36,603 nucleotides of DNA. It comes from an uncultured Dehalococcoidaceae bacterium (GTDB lineage: Bacteria; Chloroflexota; Dehalococcoidia; Dehalococcoidales; RBG-16-60-22). The position numbers and the translations under genes were made by a program. Where the stretch lies: contig CAYNDI010000001.1 in the NCBI GenBank assembly GCA_964395955.1, forward strand, positions 1-36,603, given 5' to 3'. Below, piece after piece: positions 16,869 to 25,625 of this stretch. Position 1 is the stretch's first letter, and each line of letters opens with the position of its first letter. The notes under the pieces are model-generated. The model ran no database searches, was not told where the DNA came from, and saw nothing but the letters and a program-made list of their open reading frames with translations.

Positions 16869-17858
16869 CTACCCCTTCTCCGCCCTGAAAAACTCCGTGT
16901 ACCAGGCAATGGTCTCTTTCAGGGCTTCATCAATACTGTATTTCGGTTTCCAGCCGAGGATTCTCCTGGCTTTCTCCGCCGTGAGGTACTGGTGCTTTAT
17001 CTCGTTATTAGCCTCATTCATCACTACCGGCTTTAATTCCGTCCGGCCCATCAGCTTGAGTATTTTTTCGACCAGTTCCAGTACGGGAATTTGCAGCTCG
17101 TTGGAGAAGTTAAACGCCTCGCCGTGGATGTTCGGGTCTTCCATCTTCTCGGCGAGGTGCAGGTAGGCCAGGGCGGCGTCCTTGACGTAAAAATAGTCGC
17201 GGATAAAAGTGCCGTCGCTCCGGATGGCCGGTGGTTCATTGTTAAGCAGGTAGCGTATCGTCCCCGGCACGATGCGATTGAAATTGAGGTCGCCGGGCCC
17301 ATAGAAATTACCGCACCGTGTCACACAGACCGGCAGCTTATAGGTGGTGAAATAGGCGTGAGCGAGGAGGTCGGCGCAGCTCTTGGAAACGTCGTAGGGG
17401 TGCGCTCCCTGTAGCGGTGAGTTCTCATCATAAGGCAGCTTCGGCTGGTCGCCGTAAGCTTTATCGCTGGAGGCTATCACTATTTTCCTGACCGCCGGCA
17501 CCCTCCGGCAGGCCTCCAGCAGGCACCATGTCCCTTTGATATTCGATTCGAATGTGGAAAGCGGGTTGCTGTTGGCGATGCCGACTATCGTCTGGGCGGC
17601 CAGGTGAAAGACGGTATCGACCTCGTATTCGTTGATGGTTCTTTCTACCGTATAGAAGTCCTCGATACTGCCGCGCACGACGTTTATTTCTTCGTAAACG
17701 CCCGACCGGATGAGGTTGGATTTAGGTACCATGTCCCGCACCAGCCCTACGACGTTTGCCCCGCTGTCTACCAGCATGCCGGTGAGATGCGAACCCAGCA
17801 GGCCGGTGCCGCCCGTTACCAGGACATTCCTGTTTTTCCAGTAATTCGTCATGCCCAC
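16869..17858 (-). CDS. rfbG: CDP-glucose 4,6-dehydratase-like SDR
   Basis: The sequence contains [28 protein letters not shown] and YDVSK (YxxxK). It overlaps the upstream rfbF by 10 nt. Confidence 0.7.
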   Translation of the reverse strand: MGMTNYWKNRNVLVTGGTGLLGSHLTGMLVDSGANVVGLVRDMVPKSNLIRSGVYEEINVVRGSIEDFYTVERTINEYEVDTVFHLAAQTIVGIANSNPLSTFESNIKGTWCLLEACRRVPAVRKIVIASSDKAYGDQPKLPYDENSPLQGAHPYDVSKSCADLLAHAYFTTYKLPVCVTRCGNFYGPGDLNFNRIVPGTIRYLLNNEPPAIRSDGTFIRDYFYVKDAALAYLHLAEKMEDPNIHGEAFNFSNELQIPVLELVEKILKLMGRTELKPVVMNEANNEIKHQYLTAEKARRILGWKPKYSIDEALKETIAWYTEFFRAEKG

Positions 17859-18637
17859 ACCTCCCAGTATCTCTTATTTTCCCGGCACAGTTTATCCAGG
17901 TAGTCGCGGTCGCGGATGTTGTCCATGCACTGCCAGAACCCATCGTGCCGGTAGGCCTGTAGCTGCCCGTCTTTAGCCAGCTTTTGCAGGGCGCCGAACT
18001 CGAAATCACAGCTTTCATCCGGTGTGAGATAGTCCAGGAAATCCCTCCTGAAGACGAAGAATCCGCCGTTGATAATACCGGTGCCGAGCTGCGGCTTTTC
18101 CTCGAATTTCAGGACCGTTTCGCCGGAAAGCACCAGCTCCCCGAACCTCGAAGGCGGCCTGACCGCCGTGACCGTGCCGGTCTTGCCGTGGGAAAGATGA
18201 TAGTCATACAGCTTGTTGATATCGATATCGGCCAGTCCGTCACCGTAGGTCAGGAGAAAATTATCCGATGTTATATATTTCTCCAGGCGTTTTATCCGTC
18301 CGCCTTTCAGGGTGTTCAGGCCGGTATCGACGAAGGCTATTTCCCAGTCGTTCTCCGCGGGCGTGTTGTGAATCACGGGCGACTTTTTGGGGTCGGCAGG
18401 GAGGGTAAAATCGGCCGACATCAGCCGGAAATCGTGGAAATATCTCTTGACGTATTCACCCTGGTAGCCCAGCGCCAGGACGAATTTTTTAAATCCGTAA
18501 TGGGCGTAGATTTGCATGATATGCCGGAGGATGGGTTTACCGCCGATTTCCACCATCGGCTTGGGCTTGAGGACGGTCTCCTCGCTCAATCTCGACCCCA
18601 TCCCTCCGCATAGTATGACCACTTCAGGCTTTTCCAT
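17849..18637 (-). CDS. rfbF: Glucose-1-phosphate cytidylyltransferase
   Basis: [62 protein letters not shown] is a very typical RfbF N-terminus, and the 262-aa length fits. Confidence 0.85.
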   Translation of the reverse strand: MEKPEVVILCGGMGSRLSEETVLKPKPMVEIGGKPILRHIMQIYAHYGFKKFVLALGYQGEYVKRYFHDFRLMSADFTLPADPKKSPVIHNTPAENDWEIAFVDTGLNTLKGGRIKRLEKYITSDNFLLTYGDGLADIDINKLYDYHLSHGKTGTVTAVRPPSRFGELVLSGETVLKFEEKPQLGTGIINGGFFVFRRDFLDYLTPDESCDFEFGALQKLAKDGQLQAYRHDGFWQCMDNIRDRDYLDKLCRENKRYWEVWA

Positions 18638-18662
18638 GAGCCGGGACCCCCAGATTATTTAT

Positions 18663-20465
18663 TTAGCATTGTACCACTTCCCGCCACACCTCTTCATTAA
18701 CCGGCGAAAAAAAGTGACTAATATCCCCGCCGGGTGCCGCCGCGGGATAACCGGTTTCGTTCAGGACAGTGATTGCTACGTCTCTCATGTCATTTTCATA
18801 GCAACTCTTTACACTTATCTCATCCATTTCTGCTATAGAATCGAGGCCGATGTTGTTTTCCGAACGGTACCTGACGACCGGTACGCCGGTCAGGAACATT
18901 TCCAGGACCATGGTCGATGAATAGCAGATGACCAGGTCGATTTCATGCAACATTTCCGGGATGTTTTGTTTCGTTTCTTTAAAATGGGCGGGCCAGGGAG
19001 GCAGCTTTATTCCCAGACGTTCGGGATTTATTGCCGGGTGGTACTTGATGAGCACCTGGATGGTGTTCATATCCGCAAAGGCATTGAGAGTAGCCAGCAG
19101 CATTTCCCCGGTAAGTCCGACCAGGTACGGCAGCGCCACCAGGATAGTCTTTGGCCGTTTCGTTACTTTTTGAGGGCGGTTTCCTGTGGTATGGTGGAGG
19201 TACTCGTATCTCAAAGCTCCGCCGTTGACCAGTTTCGTCGCGCCGAAACCGGCTTTCTCTAATTTTCCCAGCGTACTGTCGCTGTCGGTAACGATGCAGT
19301 CGGGCAGCGGCATGTGGTCGGATTCCCCGGCGCCGGCGAAGTAGTTCAAAAGGAACGAGGGCACCGTGGAATGCTGGTAGGCGATGAGCCTGACATTCTT
19401 GCCCGATTCCGCAGCGGCCAGGCAGAGCATTTTTTCCGATGGCTGGTTTTCAAAAGGATAGATAATAGTGATTTTTTCACTATCTATTTCTTTCAGCCAT
19501 CTTTTATAGGCGTAATAATAGGCGAGGTGGTTATGGAAAAATATTTCCTGCAGTGCCTGTCTCCTGAGTAGAGTCTTCAAGTGTCCCGTCTCTTTCCCGA
19601 TAAAGATGCTGAAGAAGGCAAAGAAACTCTTTAAAATATCCCGCAGGTGGAGGTAGTTGTCCAGGAAGGTAAATTCAAACCCGCCGTGCGCCAGGCATTT
19701 CTTTTTTAAGTTCTCCCGCATAAACATGGGCGTGATATAGGTAATTTTCAACGCGTTTTCCGCCAGGATAGCCGGCAAACGCCCGAAATACCCATCGTGA
19801 AACTCCCCGTCGGCGGTGAAAAACCTCTCCTGTACCCAGGAATAGATATATACCCGTCTATCGTTTTTCCCGGCTTGAGAGATGATTCGTTTGTTCCGAC
19901 TGCCGAACAATGCCGCGTTCAGGTAATGCTTAAAGGCTCTCTGGAGGAAGTACAGCCGGTAGGCGATGAACCGGGCTGACAGCTTGATGGCCTCCGGCCA
20001 CAGCCATTTACGGCTTTTAAAACGAAGTCCGGGTTTGCCTTTCTCGTAACACTCCCGGAGGTGCCGGTAAAGCCAGCGGTCCGTTACGAAAACAACCAGT
20101 AATTTTTCTCCGTTACGCGTTTCGGTGCATAGCTTTTCGAAGAGGTCGGCGTAACACCAGAGCTGGAAAAAATCGCTGGTCAGCGGATTGCGGTAGGCGG
20201 TATCCGAGGCCCACCAGTAGCGTTGGTTCTTTTGCTCCCGCCCCAGCCCGGCCAGGAAATCCAGGAAGGGCTGTTTCTGCTTCTCGGCTGTCTCCTCCAG
20301 CAAATCGCCCAGGAGCCGTCGGTTTTCTGCTCCCATTAAAACCGAGATACTCTCTCTCTGGGCGGTATCCTTTCCCAAATATAGCCAGGTAAAGTCCCTG
20401 CCGGCGGTGGCCTGCTCTGCCTTACCCGCGTCATCCGGATGGAAAACGATGACCTCGTCCTGCAT
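18663..20465 (-). CDS. Large (600-aa) uncharacterised protein; the C-terminal third resembles TagF / capsule-polymerase (KpsC/KpsS-type) GT-B-like transferases
   Basis: The ORF is long and clean, in an operon context. Its C-terminus carries KTILVALPY..., IQVLIKYHPA and IDLVICYSSTMVLEMFLTGVPVV, which match the K.HP and TDYSS..E...P-like motifs. I recognise nothing in the N-terminal ~400 aa. The CDS call is firm; the function is tentative. Confidence 0.5.
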   Translation of the reverse strand: MQDEVIVFHPDDAGKAEQATAGRDFTWLYLGKDTAQRESISVLMGAENRRLLGDLLEETAEKQKQPFLDFLAGLGREQKNQRYWWASDTAYRNPLTSDFFQLWCYADLFEKLCTETRNGEKLLVVFVTDRWLYRHLRECYEKGKPGLRFKSRKWLWPEAIKLSARFIAYRLYFLQRAFKHYLNAALFGSRNKRIISQAGKNDRRVYIYSWVQERFFTADGEFHDGYFGRLPAILAENALKITYITPMFMRENLKKKCLAHGGFEFTFLDNYLHLRDILKSFFAFFSIFIGKETGHLKTLLRRQALQEIFFHNHLAYYYAYKRWLKEIDSEKITIIYPFENQPSEKMLCLAAAESGKNVRLIAYQHSTVPSFLLNYFAGAGESDHMPLPDCIVTDSDSTLGKLEKAGFGATKLVNGGALRYEYLHHTTGNRPQKVTKRPKTILVALPYLVGLTGEMLLATLNAFADMNTIQVLIKYHPAINPERLGIKLPPWPAHFKETKQNIPEMLHEIDLVICYSSTMVLEMFLTGVPVVRYRSENNIGLDSIAEMDEISVKSCYENDMRDVAITVLNETGYPAAAPGGDISHFFSPVNEEVWREVVQC

Positions 20466-20481
20466 GCCGACAGGTCTCCTT

Positions 20482-21261
20482 CTAGCGGTCTTTATCGATG
20501 AAATCTTTCAGCTCGGTCGTGGCTTCCCGGCACCTGGCGTTGAGCATGATGGCGTCCGTGCTGTAGGCGATGAAGGTGAAGCCTTCTTTGGCCCTGTCTT
20601 TAACGTCCGAGGGAACCGGCGGGACGACATGAATGCCGGCGGCTTTTCCGGCGGCTCTGGTGGCGGCGAGTACTTTTTCTCGTGCCTGCTTCACCAGCGG
20701 GTGGTCCAGTTCTCCGGTGACGCCCAGTGAGCCGGAAATATCGTACGGCCCTATCATCACCCCATCGATGCCGGGGACGGCGATGATATCGGCGATGTTC
20801 TCTACGGCCTGTTTGTGCTCAATCTGCACGATTACCAGGCTTTCCTTGTTTACCGTGTCCTTGTATTCATCGAACTTTTCGCCCCATGCCTGAGCGCGGT
20901 AAAGCCCCACGCTCCTGTCGCCTTCGGGCGGGTACTTCACCGAGCGGACGGCTTTCTCGGCTTCCTCGGGGGTATTCACCATAGGCACGATAACACCGTA
21001 TGAACCGGCATCCATTACTCTCTTGGCCAGCGTCGGGTCGTTGCTCGTTAACCTTACCAGCGGCACGCGGCCGGAAGCCTCTATGGCCCGTACCAGCGAT
21101 TCGACGTCCTGAATGCCGATGACGCTGTGCTCCATGTCGATAGCCAGCCAGTCGAACCCGCTTTCCGCCATTATCTCGGCGATAGCGCCGTGCGAGAGGG
21201 TAATCCAGCTCCCCAGCGAGACTTTCCCGTTGCTGAGTTTTTGCTTTACTTTATTTTTCAT
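20482..21261 (-). CDS. HpcH/HpaI-family (class II, divalent-metal) pyruvate aldolase
   Basis: GSWITLSHGAIAEIMAESGFDWLAIDMEHS, VRLTSNDPTLAKRVMDAGSYGVIVPMVNTPEEA, KYPPEGDRS and VQIEHKQAVENIADIIAVPGIDGVMIGPYDIS follow the HpaI/YfaU/GarL pattern. Confidence 0.8.
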   Translation of the reverse strand: MKNKVKQKLSNGKVSLGSWITLSHGAIAEIMAESGFDWLAIDMEHSVIGIQDVESLVRAIEASGRVPLVRLTSNDPTLAKRVMDAGSYGVIVPMVNTPEEAEKAVRSVKYPPEGDRSVGLYRAQAWGEKFDEYKDTVNKESLVIVQIEHKQAVENIADIIAVPGIDGVMIGPYDISGSLGVTGELDHPLVKQAREKVLAATRAAGKAAGIHVVPPVPSDVKDRAKEGFTFIAYSTDAIMLNARCREATTELKDFIDKDR

Positions 21262-21276
21262 CTTCCCCCACCTGTC

Positions 21277-22041
21277 TTAACCCGTCGGTACGGGTAATTT
21301 ATTATTAGTGGCGCACACGTTGTAGACGCTTTCCCTGTCCGTTTTATCGATTGTGTAATTACCCCCCGCCCCCGCCACGATGGCCAGGCCGGCGGCGACG
21401 TCCCACAGCCGGATACCGGTCTCAAGGTAGGCGTCCCCCCGCCCGGCGGCAACGTAGGCTAAAGATAGTGCCGCCGAACCTATCCACCTCAGCTTTAGGA
21501 AGGCGCGTATCTGTTCGACCATTCTTTTCACGGCCTCCGGAGAGAAGTCGGCGTTCGGCGGAAAACCGGAAAACAGTATCGCTTTCTCGATTGTGTCCGT
21601 ATTGGAAACGTTAATTGCGCTGCCGTTGAGCCAGGCGCCGCTCCCGGTGATGCCCGTGAAAAGCTCGTTCCGGTTGAAATCGTAGATGGCGCCCAGCAGC
21701 GGTTCTTCCCCTCTGCAGAGAGCGATGGACACGCAGTTAACCGGTATCCCCTTGATGAAATTGATGGTGCCGTCGAGGGGGTCGACAACCCACTGCAAAT
21801 CGCTTTCCCCACTGCCTTTTATCACGCCTTTTTCCTCGGAAAGTATGGTGATAGCCGTTTTCTCCCGGAGAAAATCTATGATGATGTTTTCCGACTCTTT
21901 ATCGGCGGATATTTTTATATCCTTGCCCTCGCTGGAGTCGATTCTGACCTCGTCTTTGTTAAGGCTGGCCAGGTATTTCCCGGCCGTTACAGCGGCGTCC
22001 CCGGCGATTTGCAAATACTTGTCCAGCGTCTTTTTATCCAT
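21277..22041 (-). CDS. Inositol-monophosphatase-family (IMPase/SuhB-like) phosphatase
   Basis: The signature motifs are ILSEE, WVVDPLDGTINFIKG and LWDVAAG. Length is 254 aa. Confidence 0.8.
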   Translation of the reverse strand: MDKKTLDKYLQIAGDAAVTAGKYLASLNKDEVRIDSSEGKDIKISADKESENIIIDFLREKTAITILSEEKGVIKGSGESDLQWVVDPLDGTINFIKGIPVNCVSIALCRGEEPLLGAIYDFNRNELFTGITGSGAWLNGSAINVSNTDTIEKAILFSGFPPNADFSPEAVKRMVEQIRAFLKLRWIGSAALSLAYVAAGRGDAYLETGIRLWDVAAGLAIVAGAGGNYTIDKTDRESVYNVCATNNKLPVPTG

Positions 22042-22042
22042 A

Positions 22043-22960
22043 TTATTTTATATTTTTCAAGGCATCGAGCAGGTTGTCCACCGTTTCCATCTCCATGCGC
22101 TGCCGGCATTCCCGTGAATAGGAGCCGACGTGCGGCGTCAGTATCACCTGCGGTAAATCGGTCAGCGGCCCCCGATAGGGCTCTTCGGTAAAGGTATCCA
22201 GCCAGGCCCCGGCCACTTTACCCGACTTGATAGCCTCCACCAGACTGTCCTCGTCGATTACCCCTCCCCGCGCCGCGTTTAAAATATAGACGCCGTCCTT
22301 CATCATGCCGAACTCGTCCTTACCCAGTATCCGGGACGTGCCACTGACGTGCAGGGTAACGATATCCGCCTGTGCCAAAGCCTCCTGAAGAGTCACAATT
22401 TCGACTTCTTCAACGATGCCTTTATGGAATTTATCCACGGCCAGCAGTTTCACATCGAAAGGTTTGAGCAATTTTGCCACGTAGCGCCCGATTCTCCCGA
22501 AGCCGATAATCGCTACTGTTTTACCGGATAGCTGCGTCCCGATTTTCTTGCTCCATTTCTTCTCGTGCAGTTCCCGGTCCATGAGGGGTATCATACGCAG
22601 CAGTCCCAGCATAGCTCCTATGGCTAGTTCGGCGACGGCCGCTGTCGGGGCGTCAGGCGTGTTCATCACGGCTATGCCCAGTTCCCGCGCTGCCGTCAGG
22701 TCGATATTGCTCATCTCTACCCCGCACCGTGAAATGACTTTAAGGCTGCTTTCCGCCATAGTTTCCCGATCGATGGTCTCCAGCCCGGCAATCAGCCCGG
22801 TCACTCCCGGCAGCAGGCTTTTTAGTTCCTCTCCGGTCAGCTTTCTATGGAATGGATTGGGCACTATCTCGAAGCCGTTCGACTCCAGTTTTTCGAGCGG
22901 CGACTTATCGAGTTCACCGAATGACGAGGGTGCTATCAGGACTTTCTTTATCTCATGCAT
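22043..22960 (-). CDS. D-isomer-specific 2-hydroxyacid dehydrogenase (glycerate / phosphoglycerate dehydrogenase-like)
   Basis: The NAD motif is VAIIGFGRIGRYVAKLL. The catalytic region reads NAARGGVIDE ... LTPHVGS. Length is 305 aa. Confidence 0.8.
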   Translation of the reverse strand: MHEIKKVLIAPSSFGELDKSPLEKLESNGFEIVPNPFHRKLTGEELKSLLPGVTGLIAGLETIDRETMAESSLKVISRCGVEMSNIDLTAARELGIAVMNTPDAPTAAVAELAIGAMLGLLRMIPLMDRELHEKKWSKKIGTQLSGKTVAIIGFGRIGRYVAKLLKPFDVKLLAVDKFHKGIVEEVEIVTLQEALAQADIVTLHVSGTSRILGKDEFGMMKDGVYILNAARGGVIDEDSLVEAIKSGKVAGAWLDTFTEEPYRGPLTDLPQVILTPHVGSYSRECRQRMEMETVDNLLDALKNIK

Positions 22961-22972
22961 TTTTCTTGTCCG

Positions 22973-23941
22973 CTATTTACGCCAGAAACCGCGTAGTAAA
23001 TCACCGCGTAACATACCATCCAGAACCGACTGCATCTGCGAGACCAGTTGCGGGTCACGCGACTGATTATTGAGGCGCAGGAGAGTATCGATGTCCAGTC
23101 CGTTGCTCTGCAAGTGGACGGGTTTGAACCCGCAGCGTTCCGTCATCTGCCGCAGCGCCTCCGCAGAGAAGAGCATGATGTGCCGGTCGCCTTCGATGAT
23201 GCGGTCGATATAACCGCCGTATTTTTCGTAATAGCCCACCAGCAGCGAGTCCCCGTTGGGCACTTCCAGCACCAGCAGGCCGCCGGGCTTCAATAACTGA
23301 TATACCTTTTCCAACACCTGCTGTGGCCGGGTGAAATGTTCCAGGACGCCCCAGAGCATGATACAGTCGAACTTATGCTTTGCCGGTTGAAAATCGAAAA
23401 TCGATTCGCGGATTATATTCAGACCGAATTTCTCCCGGGCATAGCCGGCCGATAATTCGTTGAATTCCACGCCCAGGCATTCCCACCCGTTTTCGTTGAA
23501 GATGCTCAACAGCTCGCCGAGTCCGCACCCAATATCCAGGATGCTCCCCGGCTCTTTAAAGTACGCGGCTATCTGCTCGTATTTACGTCTGCCGATTACC
23601 TCCCGGCGGTAATCGACCGCGGGAATCAGCTTGTATCTGGCGGCGGCGTTATCGTCCTCCTCGTTATAGGCATCGTGCAGGATGGACTCTTTTAGCCGCG
23701 GGTTGACGTAAACCATGCCGCACCGGGCACGGCGTACGTGACGGAAACGGTTGACGGTAAACTCGGCGTTGAACCTGGTTTCTCCGCAGTTGTAGCAGTT
23801 GACGCTTTCGAAATATTCATCCCGGGATGAGCCGTCCCGCTTAAAGTACCGCGACAGCACCTTCTCGTAATGTTCGTGTATTTTATCCAGGTTGGGATTG
23901 AGTTCCCGGGTGCGAATCACCTGGTTTTCTTCCTGTTTCAT
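22973..23941 (-). CDS. Class I SAM methyltransferase with an N-terminal Cys4 zinc-ribbon (MT-A)
   Basis: The zinc ribbon is CYNCGE...x18...CGMVYVNP. Motif I, ILDIGCGLGELL, is canonical, and LGVEF supplies the acidic residue. Confidence 0.75.
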   Translation of the reverse strand: MKQEENQVIRTRELNPNLDKIHEHYEKVLSRYFKRDGSSRDEYFESVNCYNCGETRFNAEFTVNRFRHVRRARCGMVYVNPRLKESILHDAYNEEDDNAAARYKLIPAVDYRREVIGRRKYEQIAAYFKEPGSILDIGCGLGELLSIFNENGWECLGVEFNELSAGYAREKFGLNIIRESIFDFQPAKHKFDCIMLWGVLEHFTRPQQVLEKVYQLLKPGGLLVLEVPNGDSLLVGYYEKYGGYIDRIIEGDRHIMLFSAEALRQMTERCGFKPVHLQSNGLDIDTLLRLNNQSRDPQLVSQMQSVLDGMLRGDLLRGFWRK

Positions 23942-23970
23942 CTTGCTCCGTATCGCGTTATTATCGCCGG

Positions 23971-24585
23971 TCAGGCTTTACTGAGCTTCAGTCGAAGGTA
24001 TGACGTTACCATGTGGTCGATGACCATGTGGATGTCCTCGACCGGGCCGTATTCGCCCTTGCCGGTTTTTACCAGCACGGCGTAATCGCAGAGTGCGGCC
24101 AGCTTGCCGCCGTCGAAGCCTATCAATCCAATGACCGTACCGCCCATTTCTTTAGCCAGGCGGGCCGCCGCCAGGATATTCGGCGAGTTGCCGCTGCCGG
24201 AGATGGCAATCAGCAAGTCGTTTTTGGCGAACAGGTTTTGCATCTGTACGGTGAAAATGTCTTCGTAGGTAAAATCGTTGCCCAGGGCGGTCAGCAGGGG
24301 CACATTATCCACCAGGCTGATGGCTTTGAAACGGATTCCTTTATCCGGTCGACTGCACTGGATAAGGTCGGTGGCGAAGTGCGATGCCGTGGCGGCGCTG
24401 CCCCCGTTCCCCACCAGGAAGATAGCACTCCCTTTACGTGTTTTATCCAGTAATAACCCGGTCACCTGCTCCAGCACCCTGTAATCCATGCTTTGCAGCA
24501 GTTTACTCAGATGCACGCCGTAGCCGGAGAAAAAGTCCCTGGCTTTATCCATCCCGCGGAGTGACTGCGGTACCTGGTTTTCCAA
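23971..24585 (-). CDS. SIS-domain sugar-phosphate isomerase, GmhA-like
   Basis: IFLVGNGGSAATASHFATDL, LGNDFTYEDIF, LLIAISGSGNSPNIL and IGLIGFDGGKL match the GmhA (sedoheptulose-7-P isomerase) pattern. It is a single 204-aa SIS domain with no CBS domains. Confidence 0.75.
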   Translation of the reverse strand: MENQVPQSLRGMDKARDFFSGYGVHLSKLLQSMDYRVLEQVTGLLLDKTRKGSAIFLVGNGGSAATASHFATDLIQCSRPDKGIRFKAISLVDNVPLLTALGNDFTYEDIFTVQMQNLFAKNDLLIAISGSGNSPNILAAARLAKEMGGTVIGLIGFDGGKLAALCDYAVLVKTGKGEYGPVEDIHMVIDHMVTSYLRLKLSKA

Positions 24586-24617
24586 CTTCGGCTACCTCCT
24601 TGAAGATAACTATGTTT

Positions 24618-25625
24618 TTACATCTTTTTTGCCATGACGCGCGCGTAAGAGCTCAGCCGACTCTCCTGGAGAAAGTCCTGGAGGGCGTGCCAGGCTTTTT
24701 CGTCACGTTTCTTGAAAATATATCTCAGAAAATCCGGTATTGCGATATCCGGATTGTTCGCGGTGGCCGTACGTACTATTTCCACGTCCAGCCGGCCCGG
24801 CGTGCTTAGCTCTATTACTTCGAATCCCGTTTCCTTCAGCAAATTCTGGATAGCCTCTATCGAGAGCAGGTTAATCCTGTCCGGGGGGTGCAGGCGGGGC
24901 GAATCACCGTCTAATATCTGGTATTCAAAACCGCTGCTGGTATTGGTGGTAAAGAAGAACAGTCCCTGCGGTCCCAGGGCATTATGCACTTCTTTGATAA
25001 AAGCCATGGGGTCGAAGATACGCTCGATAACCTCGAAGGCGGTGAATACATCGGCTTTTCCGTCGAGCCCTTTGATATTTTCGCAGAATGAAACGCTTTC
25101 CGGCAGCAGGCCTTTCTCTTCCGGTAGCTCCGGTTTGATGGCGATTAAACGCTTGAATATACCGGCTTCATCGAGGGTGCCCAGCAGGGCGGGGTATTTG
25201 GTGCGGTAATCGGCGAAGGTCCCGGCTTCCGGCAGGTATTCGTCCGAAAGCTCCATTACCCACTGACCGAGGGGGAAGAACTGGTTGCGGTAGCGTGTTT
25301 CCCGGGTCCTGGCGGCAATCTCGTTTCTCCAGAAAGTGATAGCCTTCGAGTCGCGGTAAAAACCGTCCAACCTGTCCGCCGTAGGCCTGGGCGAGGCGAA
25401 CAGGGTGCCGCAACTCTGGCAGAGATTATACTGGAAACCCGTTTTCACGAAGGTTTTTTTATACTTTTTACCACCGCAGCCGGGGCAGTCCGTCTTTACC
25501 AGCTTTGATTCATCCGCCAGCAATACCCCCAGTTCGTCCTGTACCAGCTCCTTGTAGCGTTCGTACAGGGTATCCGGCCTTATCTCCGTTTCCCGCAGGT
25601 CTTCCAGAAAAACCACGCGTCTCAT
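24618..25625 (-). CDS. Zinc-ribbon methyltransferase-fold paralog (MT-B) with a degenerate SAM-binding motif I
   Basis: It is clearly paralogous to MT-C: both have CPGCGG...C..CGTLF..PRP, TPG.LD..IV and a shared C-terminal helix. Where MT-C has GDIGAGFG, MT-B has ADYRTKYP, and the post-I acidic residue (AIEPS) is AIKPE. Confidence 0.7.
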   Translation of the reverse strand: MRRVVFLEDLRETEIRPDTLYERYKELVQDELGVLLADESKLVKTDCPGCGGKKYKKTFVKTGFQYNLCQSCGTLFASPRPTADRLDGFYRDSKAITFWRNEIAARTRETRYRNQFFPLGQWVMELSDEYLPEAGTFADYRTKYPALLGTLDEAGIFKRLIAIKPELPEEKGLLPESVSFCENIKGLDGKADVFTAFEVIERIFDPMAFIKEVHNALGPQGLFFFTTNTSSGFEYQILDGDSPRLHPPDRINLLSIEAIQNLLKETGFEVIELSTPGRLDVEIVRTATANNPDIAIPDFLRYIFKKRDEKAWHALQDFLQESRLSSYARVMAKKM

